Of a stretch of DNA of 64,000 nt, positions 1 through 8,719 are shown piece after piece; position 1 is the first letter of the stretch; each line of letters opens with the position of its first letter. The stretch lies in the sequence record MN850644.1; one strand, given 5' to 3'. Source of the DNA: Escherichia phage ekra. Made by a program: the position numbers and the translations under genes. The notes under the pieces were generated by a model. The model made no database searches, was not told where the DNA came from, and worked only from the letters and a program-made list of their open reading frames with translations.

Positions 1-1465
1 CTTCTAACAAGCCTTCTAAACACTCTTCTAACAAGCCTTCTTAATAACCTATACAATCACCTTAACCATCCCTCTACACCCTCTTAGAAGCTCCTATACA
101 CCTCTTAATCTCTAGGTTAGCTATGTGACTCTCTATAGGTGTTCACTAGATATTACTAAGCCTCTATATAGACTGTTTTAACAAACTTAACAGGAATATC
201 TTTACAGACCTTATCTCACAAGGTCTAACACGGCACTAACAAGGTATCTTATAAGCCTGTTTCTACCTGTATTTTAGAAAGACTGTATAGGTAATTATTC
301 AGAATCTTAAAATTTTTATAAAATAGGACTATCAAGTCATTTTTTAGGGTCTTTGAAGGAACTGAAAAATATCTGTAGAAGATGTATATCTGCTTGGTAG
401 CCCTTAACAACTCCCTTACAAGTACTTTGCAAAATTTTAAAATATCCTTAACAATCTCTTAACAGTTCTCACATCTTCTTAACATCTCTTCAAAGGTCTT
501 AACAGATTCTTAACAGAACTAACAAGGGTGTAACAAATCTCTAACAAGTGCTACATAGACTTTACAGAATCTTAACAGATTGCTAACAAGAGCTAACAAG
601 TTAATTTTAAAGGATTATTTTGTAGGGATTGGTAACAATACCAATTAAGATAATTAACAAGTCTCTAACAAGTGTTTAATCTTTTTAACAAGCTGTTAAC
701 ATGGTCACTACTCTTTTCTTATCGTTCCCTTTCCTTTCTTAGTGATTCCTTAAACATACCTCTTAAAAGCTCTCTATAGCTCTTTATAAGCTCTTTTAAG
801 TCTCTTCCTAGTAGTTACACCCCAACTGTACAGATACCTCTTTATAGGGCTTTACAGGAGCTTTTAAGGCTATGTCAAAGACTCTTACAAGGCTTTTACG
901 TGGTCTTAACAAAGATTTAACAAGGGGCTAACAAGTTGCTAACAAGTGCCTTAAAAGCATAACTATGTAGGGATTGTTAAGAAATTGTTAAGAAAATGTT
1001 AAGGGGGCTAGCATTTACGTAACTTTTAAGCTACTTCAAAGTAACTTTAAAGCCCCTATAACATACTTTTCAGTTACTATCAAGGGGGTTGTTTAGTAGT
1101 TCACAAGATAGCTAACGAGATAATAAAGCTTACACCCTTATAAGATTCTTTTAAGGCTCTGTGAAGCTTTATAAAGGGCTTTTAAGGGTGAGGTAATGCA
1201 ATCCCTTAAGTTAGGTTAAAAAGGCCGTTATAGGGCTTTATATGGCGTTTAAATGGGTTGCCCCCTTTCTGGGGTTATTGGCTTATGTTTAAGGGCTTAT
1301 TAATAAGGCCAATTAATTGACTTAGTAAAAGGCTGTAAAGTTATTGCTTTTAAGGTCTGATAAGATTCTAGAAAGGAAAGGGAAAGGGATTGTATAAGGA
1401 TTCGATAGGATGCAAAAAGCCCCATTTAAGGGGCTGTATAAAGGTATCTGGGCTATTTAGCCCCG
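1..1465. repeat. Non-coding field of about 30 dispersed short repeats, consensus (C/T)TAACA(A/G), in both orientations, plus degenerate copies of the CTTTATAAG/AAGCTCTTTATA motif
   Basis: Read directly: cttctaacaagcc twice in first 40 nt, runs such as cttaacagattcttaacagaactaacaagg (about 497-530), ttaacaaggggctaacaagttgctaacaagtg (about 915-950), inverted copies tgttaag x3 near 975-1005; no ORF of 60 aa or more. Confidence 0.7.
1417..1437 (-). terminator. Hairpin (agcccc / aggggct) followed by T-run on minus strand, downstream of early gene cluster
   Basis: Inverted repeat aagccccatttaaggggct; minus-strand reading gives stem-loop then tttttgc. Confidence 0.45.
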
Positions 1466-1474
1466 TTGCGGCGT

Positions 1475-1723
1475 TTAGTTAGTGCCTTCTTTGTCGTAGT
1501 ACAGGGAGACAATTTTTTCGCCCCAATAGTGATAAGTGTAACCATCTTTAAGGGCTTCTTGTTTTGTTTCTTTCCAGAATTCATCAGAGGGGTTGTAGTC
1601 ACTGATGGTCTGGCTGATAAGGCCTTTCACCATTTCAAAGGCGTTATCAGTACCTACAAGGTCAAATTTAACGTCCAGAGAGTAGAAGCCAAATTCGTTA
1701 ACAGTTGCGCGGATAGTAGCCAT
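1475..1723 (-). CDS. hypothetical early protein (82 aa)
   Basis: ORF; start preceded by conserved leader/RBS cassette (type A hairpin at about 1745-1790). Confidence 0.5.
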   Translation of the reverse strand: MATIRATVNEFGFYSLDVKFDLVGTDNAFEMVKGLISQTISDYNPSDEFWKETKQEALKDGYTYHYWGEKIVSLYYDKEGTN

Positions 1724-1943
1724 TTTTGAATCTCCAGTTTAGGATTTTATTTAGTGGGGATGTTATTGCCTCCCCGTTGATTAGTAATTTACTTGTTTTG
1801 ATAGCTGATTGCAAGCAATTTTTTAAGCTTATCTATAAAGAATCTTTTAAGTGAATCCCTTTTAGATAAACCCCCTCGAACAAATTTACCAATGTCAAGG
1901 GGTATTGTCAATACTTTTTAAAAAGTTTTTTGTAAGTTATTGA

Positions 1944-2285
1944 TTAACTGATGAATATTTTTTCAGGTTTTACGTAGCTGATACGTTGGTTTTTTAGCAG
2001 GTCATCCCAGATTAGCGCGGCAATATGAGAATAACCGGATTCACGTAGAAGCTTCATTGTTTTACTTCTCGTTTCGAAGCGGCTCGCATAGTACTCACTG
2101 TTCAGAGTCGTTTTCTTCCCTTCATTGTCTACATGAATAATCTGCATCACTTGAAAGGGGCTGACATCCTCGCCTTTGTTCCACTGCTCAAAGTATTTTA
2201 GGCACTGCATAGGTGACATCTTATCACTTACTTGAGTTGACCAAGATGAATCTTCTTTATCGGTAATTACAGTTACATAAGCCAT
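1944..2285 (-). CDS. hypothetical early protein (113 aa)
   Basis: ORF; conserved cassette immediately upstream (2286-2365). Confidence 0.5.
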   Translation of the reverse strand: MAYVTVITDKEDSSWSTQVSDKMSPMQCLKYFEQWNKGEDVSPFQVMQIIHVDNEGKKTTLNSEYYASRFETRSKTMKLLRESGYSHIAALIWDDLLKNQRISYVKPEKIFIS

Positions 2286-2376
2286 TTTAGAATCTCCTAG
2301 TTTAAGGACTTTATTTAGTGGGGAAGGTCATTCCCTCCCCGTTGATTGACAATTTACAGACTTTTATCAGGCTTGT

Positions 2377-2610
2377 CTAGTCTTTTTCAATGATAATTTC
2401 ATATTGACCATCGACACTGTCAAAATAGACGCCGTCTTCATCTTCTGTCTTAAAGTAGCATTGAATATCATCACTGGCGGGATAGTCTTGTCTTGCTATC
2501 TGGCAAACTTGAATAGCATTTTCTTTACTCCCTGTAAACTCCTCAAGCCCTTTAAAATCACATGAATGACCATTACATATAGAAAGGATAAGATAAACGG
2601 TTGTAAGCAT
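2377..2610 (-). CDS. hypothetical small protein (77 aa), 4 Cys
   Basis: ORF with RBS-like aagagg upstream and GC hairpin at 2628-2645. Confidence 0.45.
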   Translation of the reverse strand: MLTTVYLILSICNGHSCDFKGLEEFTGSKENAIQVCQIARQDYPASDDIQCYFKTEDEDGVYFDSVDGQYEIIIEKD

Positions 2611-2676
2611 GATTTAAGCCTCTTAAAAGCCCCTACAAGGGGCTAATCAGTGTTTATAAGGTGATTGCATAGGTTT

Positions 2677-3219
2677 TTAGAAAAAGCTCTTTAAATCCTC
2701 TTCTGCAATGTTTCCTGTTAGTGTATCCATGATGTCACAAAAAACCTGAATACTGTCTGACTGTTGAACACTTTTAGCAAGAAGCTCCAGAGACTCATCA
2801 AGATAGTTTAAATTTGGGTTATCCAATGAAGGAAGACAAAAAGGTGAATACATAGCGTTAAACTCTGTTGTATAGACCTTTTTAATCCAATTTACATCAA
2901 AGTACTCTGTAAAACTTGCTACACTCGACATATTATCACAAGAATAATCATCATTTAGCTCATCCTCTGGAATATCGAGTTCTAAGATAACAATATTTTG
3001 AGTCTTCATCTGAAAAGCTGCGGTGATAGTGGCATTGCCTAGAGCTTGCTGAATGCCCTCTGATGCTATTTCTTCCTCATCGTCGCCATAGATTTTATTT
3101 TCTGGATACACGTAAAAATTGCCGTCCATATCCGAACAATTCCATGCGCCTGATGGTTTATCACCGTTATTAATCAGGTTGATAAAGTTTTCTTGAGTAG
3201 TACCGTGAAAGCATTTCAT
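2677..3219 (-). CDS. hypothetical highly acidic protein (180 aa)
   Basis: ORF; D/E-rich (DDEEEIASEG, DIPEDELNDDY); conserved type B cassette upstream (3220-3304). Confidence 0.55.
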   Translation of the reverse strand: MKCFHGTTQENFINLINNGDKPSGAWNCSDMDGNFYVYPENKIYGDDEEEIASEGIQQALGNATITAAFQMKTQNIVILELDIPEDELNDDYSCDNMSSVASFTEYFDVNWIKKVYTTEFNAMYSPFCLPSLDNPNLNYLDESLELLAKSVQQSDSIQVFCDIMDTLTGNIAEEDLKSFF

Positions 3220-3304
3220 TTTTGAATCTCCAGTTTAGGATTTAGTGGTAAAGCTCTTTATCTGGGGCTTAAGATATCAACTTTTAAGCCCCCTGTAAAG
3301 TACT

Positions 3305-3508
3305 TTATCCGTTAATTTTGACAACCTTTAAAACCGCGCGATAACCTAAGCAATAGGAATCACCGAAAAGCGTCCGACCCATGAAAGAATCCTCTTTGAT
3401 ATCCTTTGCAGTGACAGTTTTTTCTACGCCGTGGGAGAGGACTACATCACCGACTTTAATATCTTTGATGTGTGCAGTCTCGATAGATACACCGTTAATA
3501 ATAGCCAT
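3305..3508 (-). CDS. hypothetical small protein (67 aa)
   Basis: ORF; type A cassette upstream. Confidence 0.5.
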   Translation of the reverse strand: MAIINGVSIETAHIKDIKVGDVVLSHGVEKTVTAKDIKEDSFMGRTLFGDSYCLGYRAVLKVVKING

Positions 3509-3611
3509 TTTAGAATCTCCTAGTTTAAGGGTTTTATGTAGTGGGGATGGTCATTCCCTCCCCGTTGATGTGTAATTTAATATATATAAAAACCAGTGTC
3601 AACAAAAATTT

Positions 3612-4016
3612 TTAAAGTTCTGCATAAATTGCATCACAGATATTACGGAAGTCGTGATTTGACAAATTACGCTGCAACCAAGTGGCGAAAAAGTCAGCGA
3701 TTGCATAATTAGCATCATACTCGACGGATAGCCATACTTTAACAGCAAAACGAAACATTTTCAAATCAAGCTCCCTATTCATTACCTTAGATTTGCCTAA
3801 CATGTCGGCCATTTCATATTGTGCACCATCTAGCGTGATACCTGCTGCAACGTCAGTTAATGAGTTTTTTACGTTTTCAACGTCTAAGATAACACTTTGA
3901 ATCTTCCCGATAATGTTGTGCAATGTTTCATCGGGTGCTGATGATGTCAGAACATTAATCCGGTTAACGGTCAAACGTGCTTTTAAGATTGATAACTCAC
4001 GGTTATTAATAGCCAT
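3612..4016 (-). CDS. hypothetical protein (134 aa)
   Basis: ORF; type B cassette upstream (4017-4101). Confidence 0.5.
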   Translation of the reverse strand: MAINNRELSILKARLTVNRINVLTSSAPDETLHNIIGKIQSVILDVENVKNSLTDVAAGITLDGAQYEMADMLGKSKVMNRELDLKMFRFAVKVWLSVEYDANYAIADFFATWLQRNLSNHDFRNICDAIYAEL

Positions 4017-4101
4017 TTTAGAATCTCCAATTTAGGATTGAGTGATAAAGCTCTTTATCTGGGGCTTACTTTATCGAACTATAAGCCCCTTGTAAAGTAC
4101 T

Positions 4102-4374
4102 TTATACTAAATGCAGCTTTTTACCTTTTACCATGATGTAACTTGTTGCGCTATTGCTGTGCACATCTTGATAAATTCTGCGCAAACGTCCTTTGTAGTA
4201 TACTTTCCAACTAGTTGGAATCTTTTTACCGTATCCTGTAGCAGTTTTTTGCAGCCCTGCAAGTTGCCAATTCAGAATATGTTGTTCGGCTTGTAAATCC
4301 TCGAAGTGCATTACACCGTTCACATAGTGGCGCAGGGTTACGTTTAAGGTGCGACCGTTGTTAGTAGTATACAT
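4102..4374 (-). CDS. hypothetical protein (90 aa)
   Basis: ORF; type A cassette upstream. Confidence 0.5.
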   Translation of the reverse strand: MYTTNNGRTLNVTLRHYVNGVMHFEDLQAEQHILNWQLAGLQKTATGYGKKIPTSWKVYYKGRLRRIYQDVHSNSATSYIMVKGKKLHLV

Positions 4375-4462
4375 TTTGAATCTCCTAGTTTAAGGGTTTT
4401 ATGTAGTGGGGAGGTCATTTCCTCCCCGTTGATTAGTAATTTACTTGCTTTAAAAACCAAAA

Positions 4463-4795
4463 TCAAGAGGAATTTTTTCGTTTGCTCAATTCTTGAACAA
4501 TTACAGCGTGATAGTCTTTCAAGTCACTGATGTTTAAAGCATTTATCAGAGAATTATAATCATCAACTAACTGAAAATCATCTTTGAAGATGTCACTTAT
4601 CTGATAGGTTTTCGCTTTATATCTGAAGCTCATTTCTAACCGTTTTAATTGTTCATCACTCAAACGCCCTAGAAAGCTCTCTACAAGGCTATTTCTAACC
4701 TGCTGCGTGATTGCCTTACTTGCCAGATTATAGGCTTTATATGCCTTATAAAGTGCTATAATGGCAATGATTGCAGTGATACCAGTCATTAACAT
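4463..4795 (-). CDS. hypothetical protein with N-terminal transmembrane helix (110 aa)
   Basis: ORF; hydrophobic N-terminus ITAIIAIIALY; 7-nt overlap with upstream ORF. Confidence 0.5.
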   Translation of the reverse strand: MLMTGITAIIAIIALYKAYKAYNLASKAITQQVRNSLVESFLGRLSDEQLKRLEMSFRYKAKTYQISDIFKDDFQLVDDYNSLINALNISDLKDYHAVIVQELSKRKNSS

Positions 4796-5085
4796 GGTAT
4801 TTCCTCTTTACGTGATACTTTACCATTTACAGTTATCTCATAGGATTCTAATAAATCGCTTTTAGACTTTACAGGACTTTTAAAAGTATCATCATAAATA
4901 TTAACTTGCAATACAGGTTTTTTATATTCCCTGCAACTATTCCATAAGCAAATCACTACACGACGGCCTTTTATTTTGCCGTGTAACCATTCCATAACAT
5001 CATGACTATTTCTTGATGTCTCGATAAAATCAATTTTGTTGAGTAACTTGCTTAGATTTTCACGAACTTTATTCGATAATTTCAT
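4789..5085 (-). CDS. hypothetical protein (98 aa)
   Basis: ORF; type B cassette upstream (5086-5170). Confidence 0.5.
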   Translation of the reverse strand: MKLSNKVRENLSKLLNKIDFIETSRNSHDVMEWLHGKIKGRRVVICLWNSCREYKKPVLQVNIYDDTFKSPVKSKSDLLESYEITVNGKVSRKEEIPC

Positions 5086-5277
5086 TTTAGAATCTCCAGT
5101 TTAGGATTTAGTGGTAAAGCTCTTTATCTGGGGCTATCTTACCAGCTTGATAACCCCGTGTAAAGAAATCTATTTAGTCCTTAAAGATATTCATCACTGA
5201 GTCTTTTAATGATTCCAAACGTTCTAATACTTCAGATTCTGCGTCTGAGTTGTTCACTTCTTCTTTTAGCCTGTCAT

Positions 5278-5685
5278 CTAAATCATCGCCGTCACTATAG
5301 CACCAATCAAAAGCGTAACCGATATAAAACTGTCTAAAATTGTTTGACCATTTGCATCGACAACTTTCGCGGCAAGGTTGTATTCTGAAGCCTCTAAATC
5401 TCTTTCTAGTTCTTTCTGTAAGCTTGTGTAAGCCTCTTTTGATGGATTTTCCCGGCCTTGTTTTGCATAGTCACTTGAAAGCTGTTTAAGGCTGTAATGC
5501 AAAGGGATTGCATATTTAAAATCATTACGCTGACAGTTGGGATTTTTAACAGTCACACCGCCTTGATGGTCGTTTGTAAACTCCCAATTATCGAGATTAT
5601 GGCTTGCTTCGTAGCAATTTACCGCTTCGTAAATGATGGAAAATTTTTCTTTTACAACTTCAAAGGTAGCGTCTACAGTTTTCAT
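5278..5685 (-). CDS. hypothetical protein (135 aa)
   Basis: ORF; type B cassette upstream (5686-5780). Confidence 0.5.
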   Translation of the reverse strand: MKTVDATFEVVKEKFSIIYEAVNCYEASHNLDNWEFTNDHQGGVTVKNPNCQRNDFKYAIPLHYSLKQLSSDYAKQGRENPSKEAYTSLQKELERDLEASEYNLAAKVVDANGQTILDSFISVTLLIGAIVTAMI

Positions 5686-5780
5686 TTTTGAATCTCCTAG
5701 TTTAAGGACTTGATTTAGTGGTAAAGCTCTTTATCTGGGGCTTAAGATACCAACTTTTAAGCCCCTTGTAAAGTACTTTA

Positions 5781-6038
5781 TCAGATTAAATTGCCAGTTA
5801 ATGATAAGTGCATTTTATAGCCTTTTTTGGTAAACACGTTCACTTTACCGAGTGATTTTACACCTTTAAAAAGGTTGTTTGAATTACGTTTTAAGGTTAA
5901 TTGCTTATCCGACTTCACGTTCCACCTTACAGCGGATTGTTTTCCGTTGTCAACCACTTTCCCGCCTAACTTTTTCGCCATGATGCGAGCGTCATCACGA
6001 GTTTTTGCAGGAATTACAACGTTTTTGATAATAGCCAT
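5781..6038 (-). CDS. hypothetical basic protein (85 aa)
   Basis: ORF; K/R-rich; type B cassette upstream. Confidence 0.5.
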   Translation of the reverse strand: MAIIKNVVIPAKTRDDARIMAKKLGGKVVDNGKQSAVRWNVKSDKQLTLKRNSNNLFKGVKSLGKVNVFTKKGYKMHLSLTGNLI

Positions 6039-6123
6039 TTTTGAATCTCCAATTTAGGATTTAGTGGTAAAGCTCTTTATCTGGGGCTTACTTTATCGAA
6101 CTATAAGCCCCTTGTAAAGTACT

Positions 6124-6507
6124 TTATTTGTTAATTTTGAAGATAGTTACATAACCATCGCTGCCGATGATTTGTGATGCTCCAGCTTTTTCTACTTGAT
6201 AGCCCATATTTTCAAGATGGTAAACAGCATCATCATAACCATATGCGCCGCCCTGATAACGTCTCTTATCACATCTTACTAATACCTTTCCACGTCCTGC
6301 CAGTGCATTTAGTACGGCTTTTTCACTTGAAAGTGTACCATCTAACATGGTTGCCGTGTAATGGTTGATTCTATTCCCGTTTACATCATACTTAAAATTG
6401 AATGCGTGAACAACGATAATGTTACCTTTAAAATTTTCATCAAGTGACTTCTCCAGTGCGTTGCGAAAGTTGTCTTTGTTGATGAATTTAGGTGCACGAT
6501 ATGCCAT
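6124..6507 (-). CDS. hypothetical protein (127 aa)
   Basis: ORF; type B cassette upstream (6508-6597). Confidence 0.5.
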   Translation of the reverse strand: MAYRAPKFINKDNFRNALEKSLDENFKGNIIVVHAFNFKYDVNGNRINHYTATMLDGTLSSEKAVLNALAGRGKVLVRCDKRRYQGGAYGYDDAVYHLENMGYQVEKAGASQIIGSDGYVTIFKINK

Positions 6508-6597
6508 TTTTGAATCTCCTAGTTTAAGGGTTAATTTGGTAAAGCTCTTTATCTGGGGCTTACTTTATCGAACTATAAGCCCCTTGTAAAGTACTTT

Positions 6598-6819
6598 TTA
6601 TTTATCGTAGTAGTAAATTGCTGTCTGTCTCGTAAATTTTTTAGTATTTCTTGTAAGGTAGCAATTAGAGTTTATAGCTGTTTCTACATAGTTGCAATAG
6701 TCAGCTTCTGATATTCTGGACCATACGCCACAGATTTGCATGTAAAAACGTTTTGCCTTTGTGTTAACGTTAGTTGTAACCATCAATTCGCGACTGTAAA
6801 GCATTATTTCGCGCTCCAT
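6598..6819 (-). CDS. hypothetical protein (73 aa)
   Basis: ORF; 16-nt overlap with upstream ORF. Confidence 0.45.
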   Translation of the reverse strand: MEREIMLYSRELMVTTNVNTKAKRFYMQICGVWSRISEADYCNYVETAINSNCYLTRNTKKFTRQTAIYYYDK

Positions 6820-6992
6820 TTCTCAAAGAGTTCAGCAGGGAAACGTTCGCTATACCCTTTTAAGGAAAAAGTATTATCTTTGTGGATAGCTTCCACCTGA
6901 TAAACCTTATAAGAGCGTATAGTTAGCATTTTGTAAGAGTATTCGTGCTTAATGTTAACCTCATCGCCAACTTTAATTTTTCTTGATGCCAT
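6804..6992 (-). CDS. hypothetical protein (62 aa), first gene of the early cluster
   Basis: ORF; type A cassette upstream (6993-7060). Confidence 0.45.
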   Translation of the reverse strand: MASRKIKVGDEVNIKHEYSYKMLTIRSYKVYQVEAIHKDNTFSLKGYSERFPAELFEKWSAK

Positions 6993-7205
6993 TTTTGAAT
7001 CTCCAGTTTAGGATTTTATTTAGTGGGGAAGGTCATTCCCTCCCCGTTGATGTAAATATTAGATAACCACGTTCAAAGAGTCAATAAAAATTTTAAAAAT
7101 ATTTTTGGCAAAACTGTAATGAAACGGGTGCGCAAGACTACCACAAAACAGAACGCAAATCAAGAATTATTTTTCAATCCGCTACAAATTTTTCTCTTGA
7201 CTTTT

Positions 7206-7240
7206 GGGGAGAGGGGGAGTAAGAGGGGGAGAGGGGTTGG
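7206..7240 (+). other. Canonical G-quadruplex-forming purine tract (C-rich on the transcribed minus strand)
   Basis: ggggagagggggagtaagagggggagaggggttggg: five G3-5 runs with short loops, in an otherwise AT-rich genome. Confidence 0.5.
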
Positions 7241-7249
7241 GCTGGCTGT

Positions 7250-7450
7250 CTATAAAAACCTACCTGCACAATTCTAAAATGATTTTTCTTGCCCGACCTG
7301 AGCGGGGTCTGCACGTTTTGAAAATGAAAAAGCTCTTTGGAGATTACCTGCACAGTTTGAAAATGAATTTTCTCTTTGGAGTTCAAAATTCTCTCTACAG
7401 ATTTCTCTACAGAACTCTACCTGCACAATTCTAAAATGAAAAAGCCCTCC
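7250..7450. repeat. Four copies of a roughly 20-bp repeat, acctgcaca(a/g)tt(c/t)t(a/g)aaaatga, in the non-coding region upstream of the early cluster
   Basis: Copies read at about 7261, 7301, 7347 and 7420; associated motif ctctttggag twice. Confidence 0.5.
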
Positions 7451-7512
7451 TTACCTGAAAAATTTACCAGATAAGAAAGGCTTAGGCTATTGTGAATATA
7501 CTACAGAGTTTC

Positions 7513-8298
7513 TTAGTTCTTTGCGTCTAAGAAGGTAACTTCTGGTGAAGAGAAGATTGCCTCGATATCCTCATCAGTTCTTGCATAGATATAAGCTTCT
7601 GCATCACTACCAAATGTTACAGCAATTCTGTGATTGCTCTTTGACAGGTGGGTAACTAGAGCGTTACTTAGAGACATCTTTTCAACCGGAGGGTTACTTT
7701 GATGTATCTTACCTTTTCTTCGTCTGAAGAGGGTAACTGCGTTATCTGTGAACACTGCTACACCTGCAAAGTATTCTGGTTCACAGTAGTTCTTCCAACC
7801 TGAGCGTAACTTGTGGTACATCTCGCCTTCATAGACATACAGATAAACATCTACACTCTTCATCACCTGATTGATGATAACTGTGACAGCTTGAGGGTCA
7901 AGTCCACCGATACCTGCACCAATCATAGGTAAACCAACTTTCTTCAACTGATTAACTTCACAGTATCTGTTAAGCTGTTTCAAAGATGACTCTAAAGCAC
8001 TGTATCGGGCATCTTTACCAGTCTTAAGCTGAGTGTAAAGGTTAGCTATACGACCTTGTTTTAAGCGTGCTACAGAGAAATTACCTAGTAAATTCTCACA
8101 GGGTTTGTGACCTATACCACCTGCATAGAGATAAACTTCTGTATCGGTCTCATATGCTTTTGGGTAAAGTTTAGAAATCTTGTCAGCGATACCTGCGCCC
8201 ATTAGGTTCATGCAGTTACAACCATGACCAATGATGTCAAACTTACCTTTATCAAATGCAGCAAAGATATCACCATTGATGATTTTTACAATACCCAT
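7513..8298 (-). CDS. Macrodomain protein, TARG1/DarG-like ADP-ribose-processing fold, with about 110-aa C-terminal extension
   Basis: N-terminal NGDIF...IIGHGCNCMNLMGAGIA matches the HCxS/N...MGxGIA signature of TARG1-type macrodomains; second glycine-rich stretch MIGAGIGGLD. Confidence 0.6.
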   Translation of the reverse strand: MGIVKIINGDIFAAFDKGKFDIIGHGCNCMNLMGAGIADKISKLYPKAYETDTEVYLYAGGIGHKPCENLLGNFSVARLKQGRIANLYTQLKTGKDARYSALESSLKQLNRYCEVNQLKKVGLPMIGAGIGGLDPQAVTVIINQVMKSVDVYLYVYEGEMYHKLRSGWKNYCEPEYFAGVAVFTDNAVTLFRRRKGKIHQSNPPVEKMSLSNALVTHLSKSNHRIAVTFGSDAEAYIYARTDEDIEAIFSSPEVTFLDAKN

Positions 8299-8499
8299 TT
8301 AGCATCTCTCCCAAGATTCTTTATCTTCTGAAGGTTTTACACGTTGCCCCTCATGGTCTACCCAGATGCACCCACAACCTTCACAGATTACTGGCATTGC
8401 ATAACCAGCTTTAAAATCATCTTCAGTGATAAGACCTTTTAAGTCACCTGTATCACGTCCGAACATTTCGATAGAACAGTCTTTACAGAAGTCAGCCAT
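8299..8499 (-). CDS. hypothetical small Cys-rich (zinc-ribbon-like) protein; likely start at internal Met (MADFCKDCS)
   Basis: CKDC ... CEGCGC pairs; ATGgcTGA start/stop overlap with upstream ORF. Confidence 0.4.
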   Translation of the reverse strand: MADFCKDCSIEMFGRDTGDLKGLITEDDFKAGYAMPVICEGCGCIWVDHEGQRVKPSEDKESWERC

Positions 8500-8719
8500 G
8501 AATAATTGCCTCTTGAATGATGATACCTTTACCACAACGACTTTTAAAGTCTTCCAATGGTTCAGAGATGAAGCCACGTAAGCAGTCAGTGAATACTAAG
8601 TTCTTCCTGTAAGCTATCACATCATTTGCTGTAAATGGGATGACCTCATTTCGTCCAATGAATACTGCTGACCTTATAAGTTTTCGTGTCTTTTTATCTC
8701 TGGCTAGTATTACTTTCAT
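8492..8719 (-). CDS. hypothetical protein (75 aa)
   Basis: ORF in operon context. Confidence 0.4.
   Translation of the reverse strand: MKVILARDKKTRKLIRSAVFIGRNEVIPFTANDVIAYRKNLVFTDCLRGFISEPLEDFKSRCGKGIIIQEAIIHG

Noticed and set aside
1466-1729. Plus-strand ORF 1466-1729 and other plus-strand ORFs inside the minus-strand early cluster (3381-3575, 4111-4296, 5497-5691, 5827-6057, 6174-6368)
   Set aside because: Each is antisense to a minus-strand ORF that carries the conserved RBS/leader cassette; the plus-strand ORFs lack such signals.
7174-7434. ORFs 7174-7386 (minus) and 7204-7434 (plus)
   Set aside because: They lie entirely in the repeat and G-rich tract region; translations are low-complexity (GRGGVRGGEGLG...) and lack an RBS context, so they are probably non-coding.
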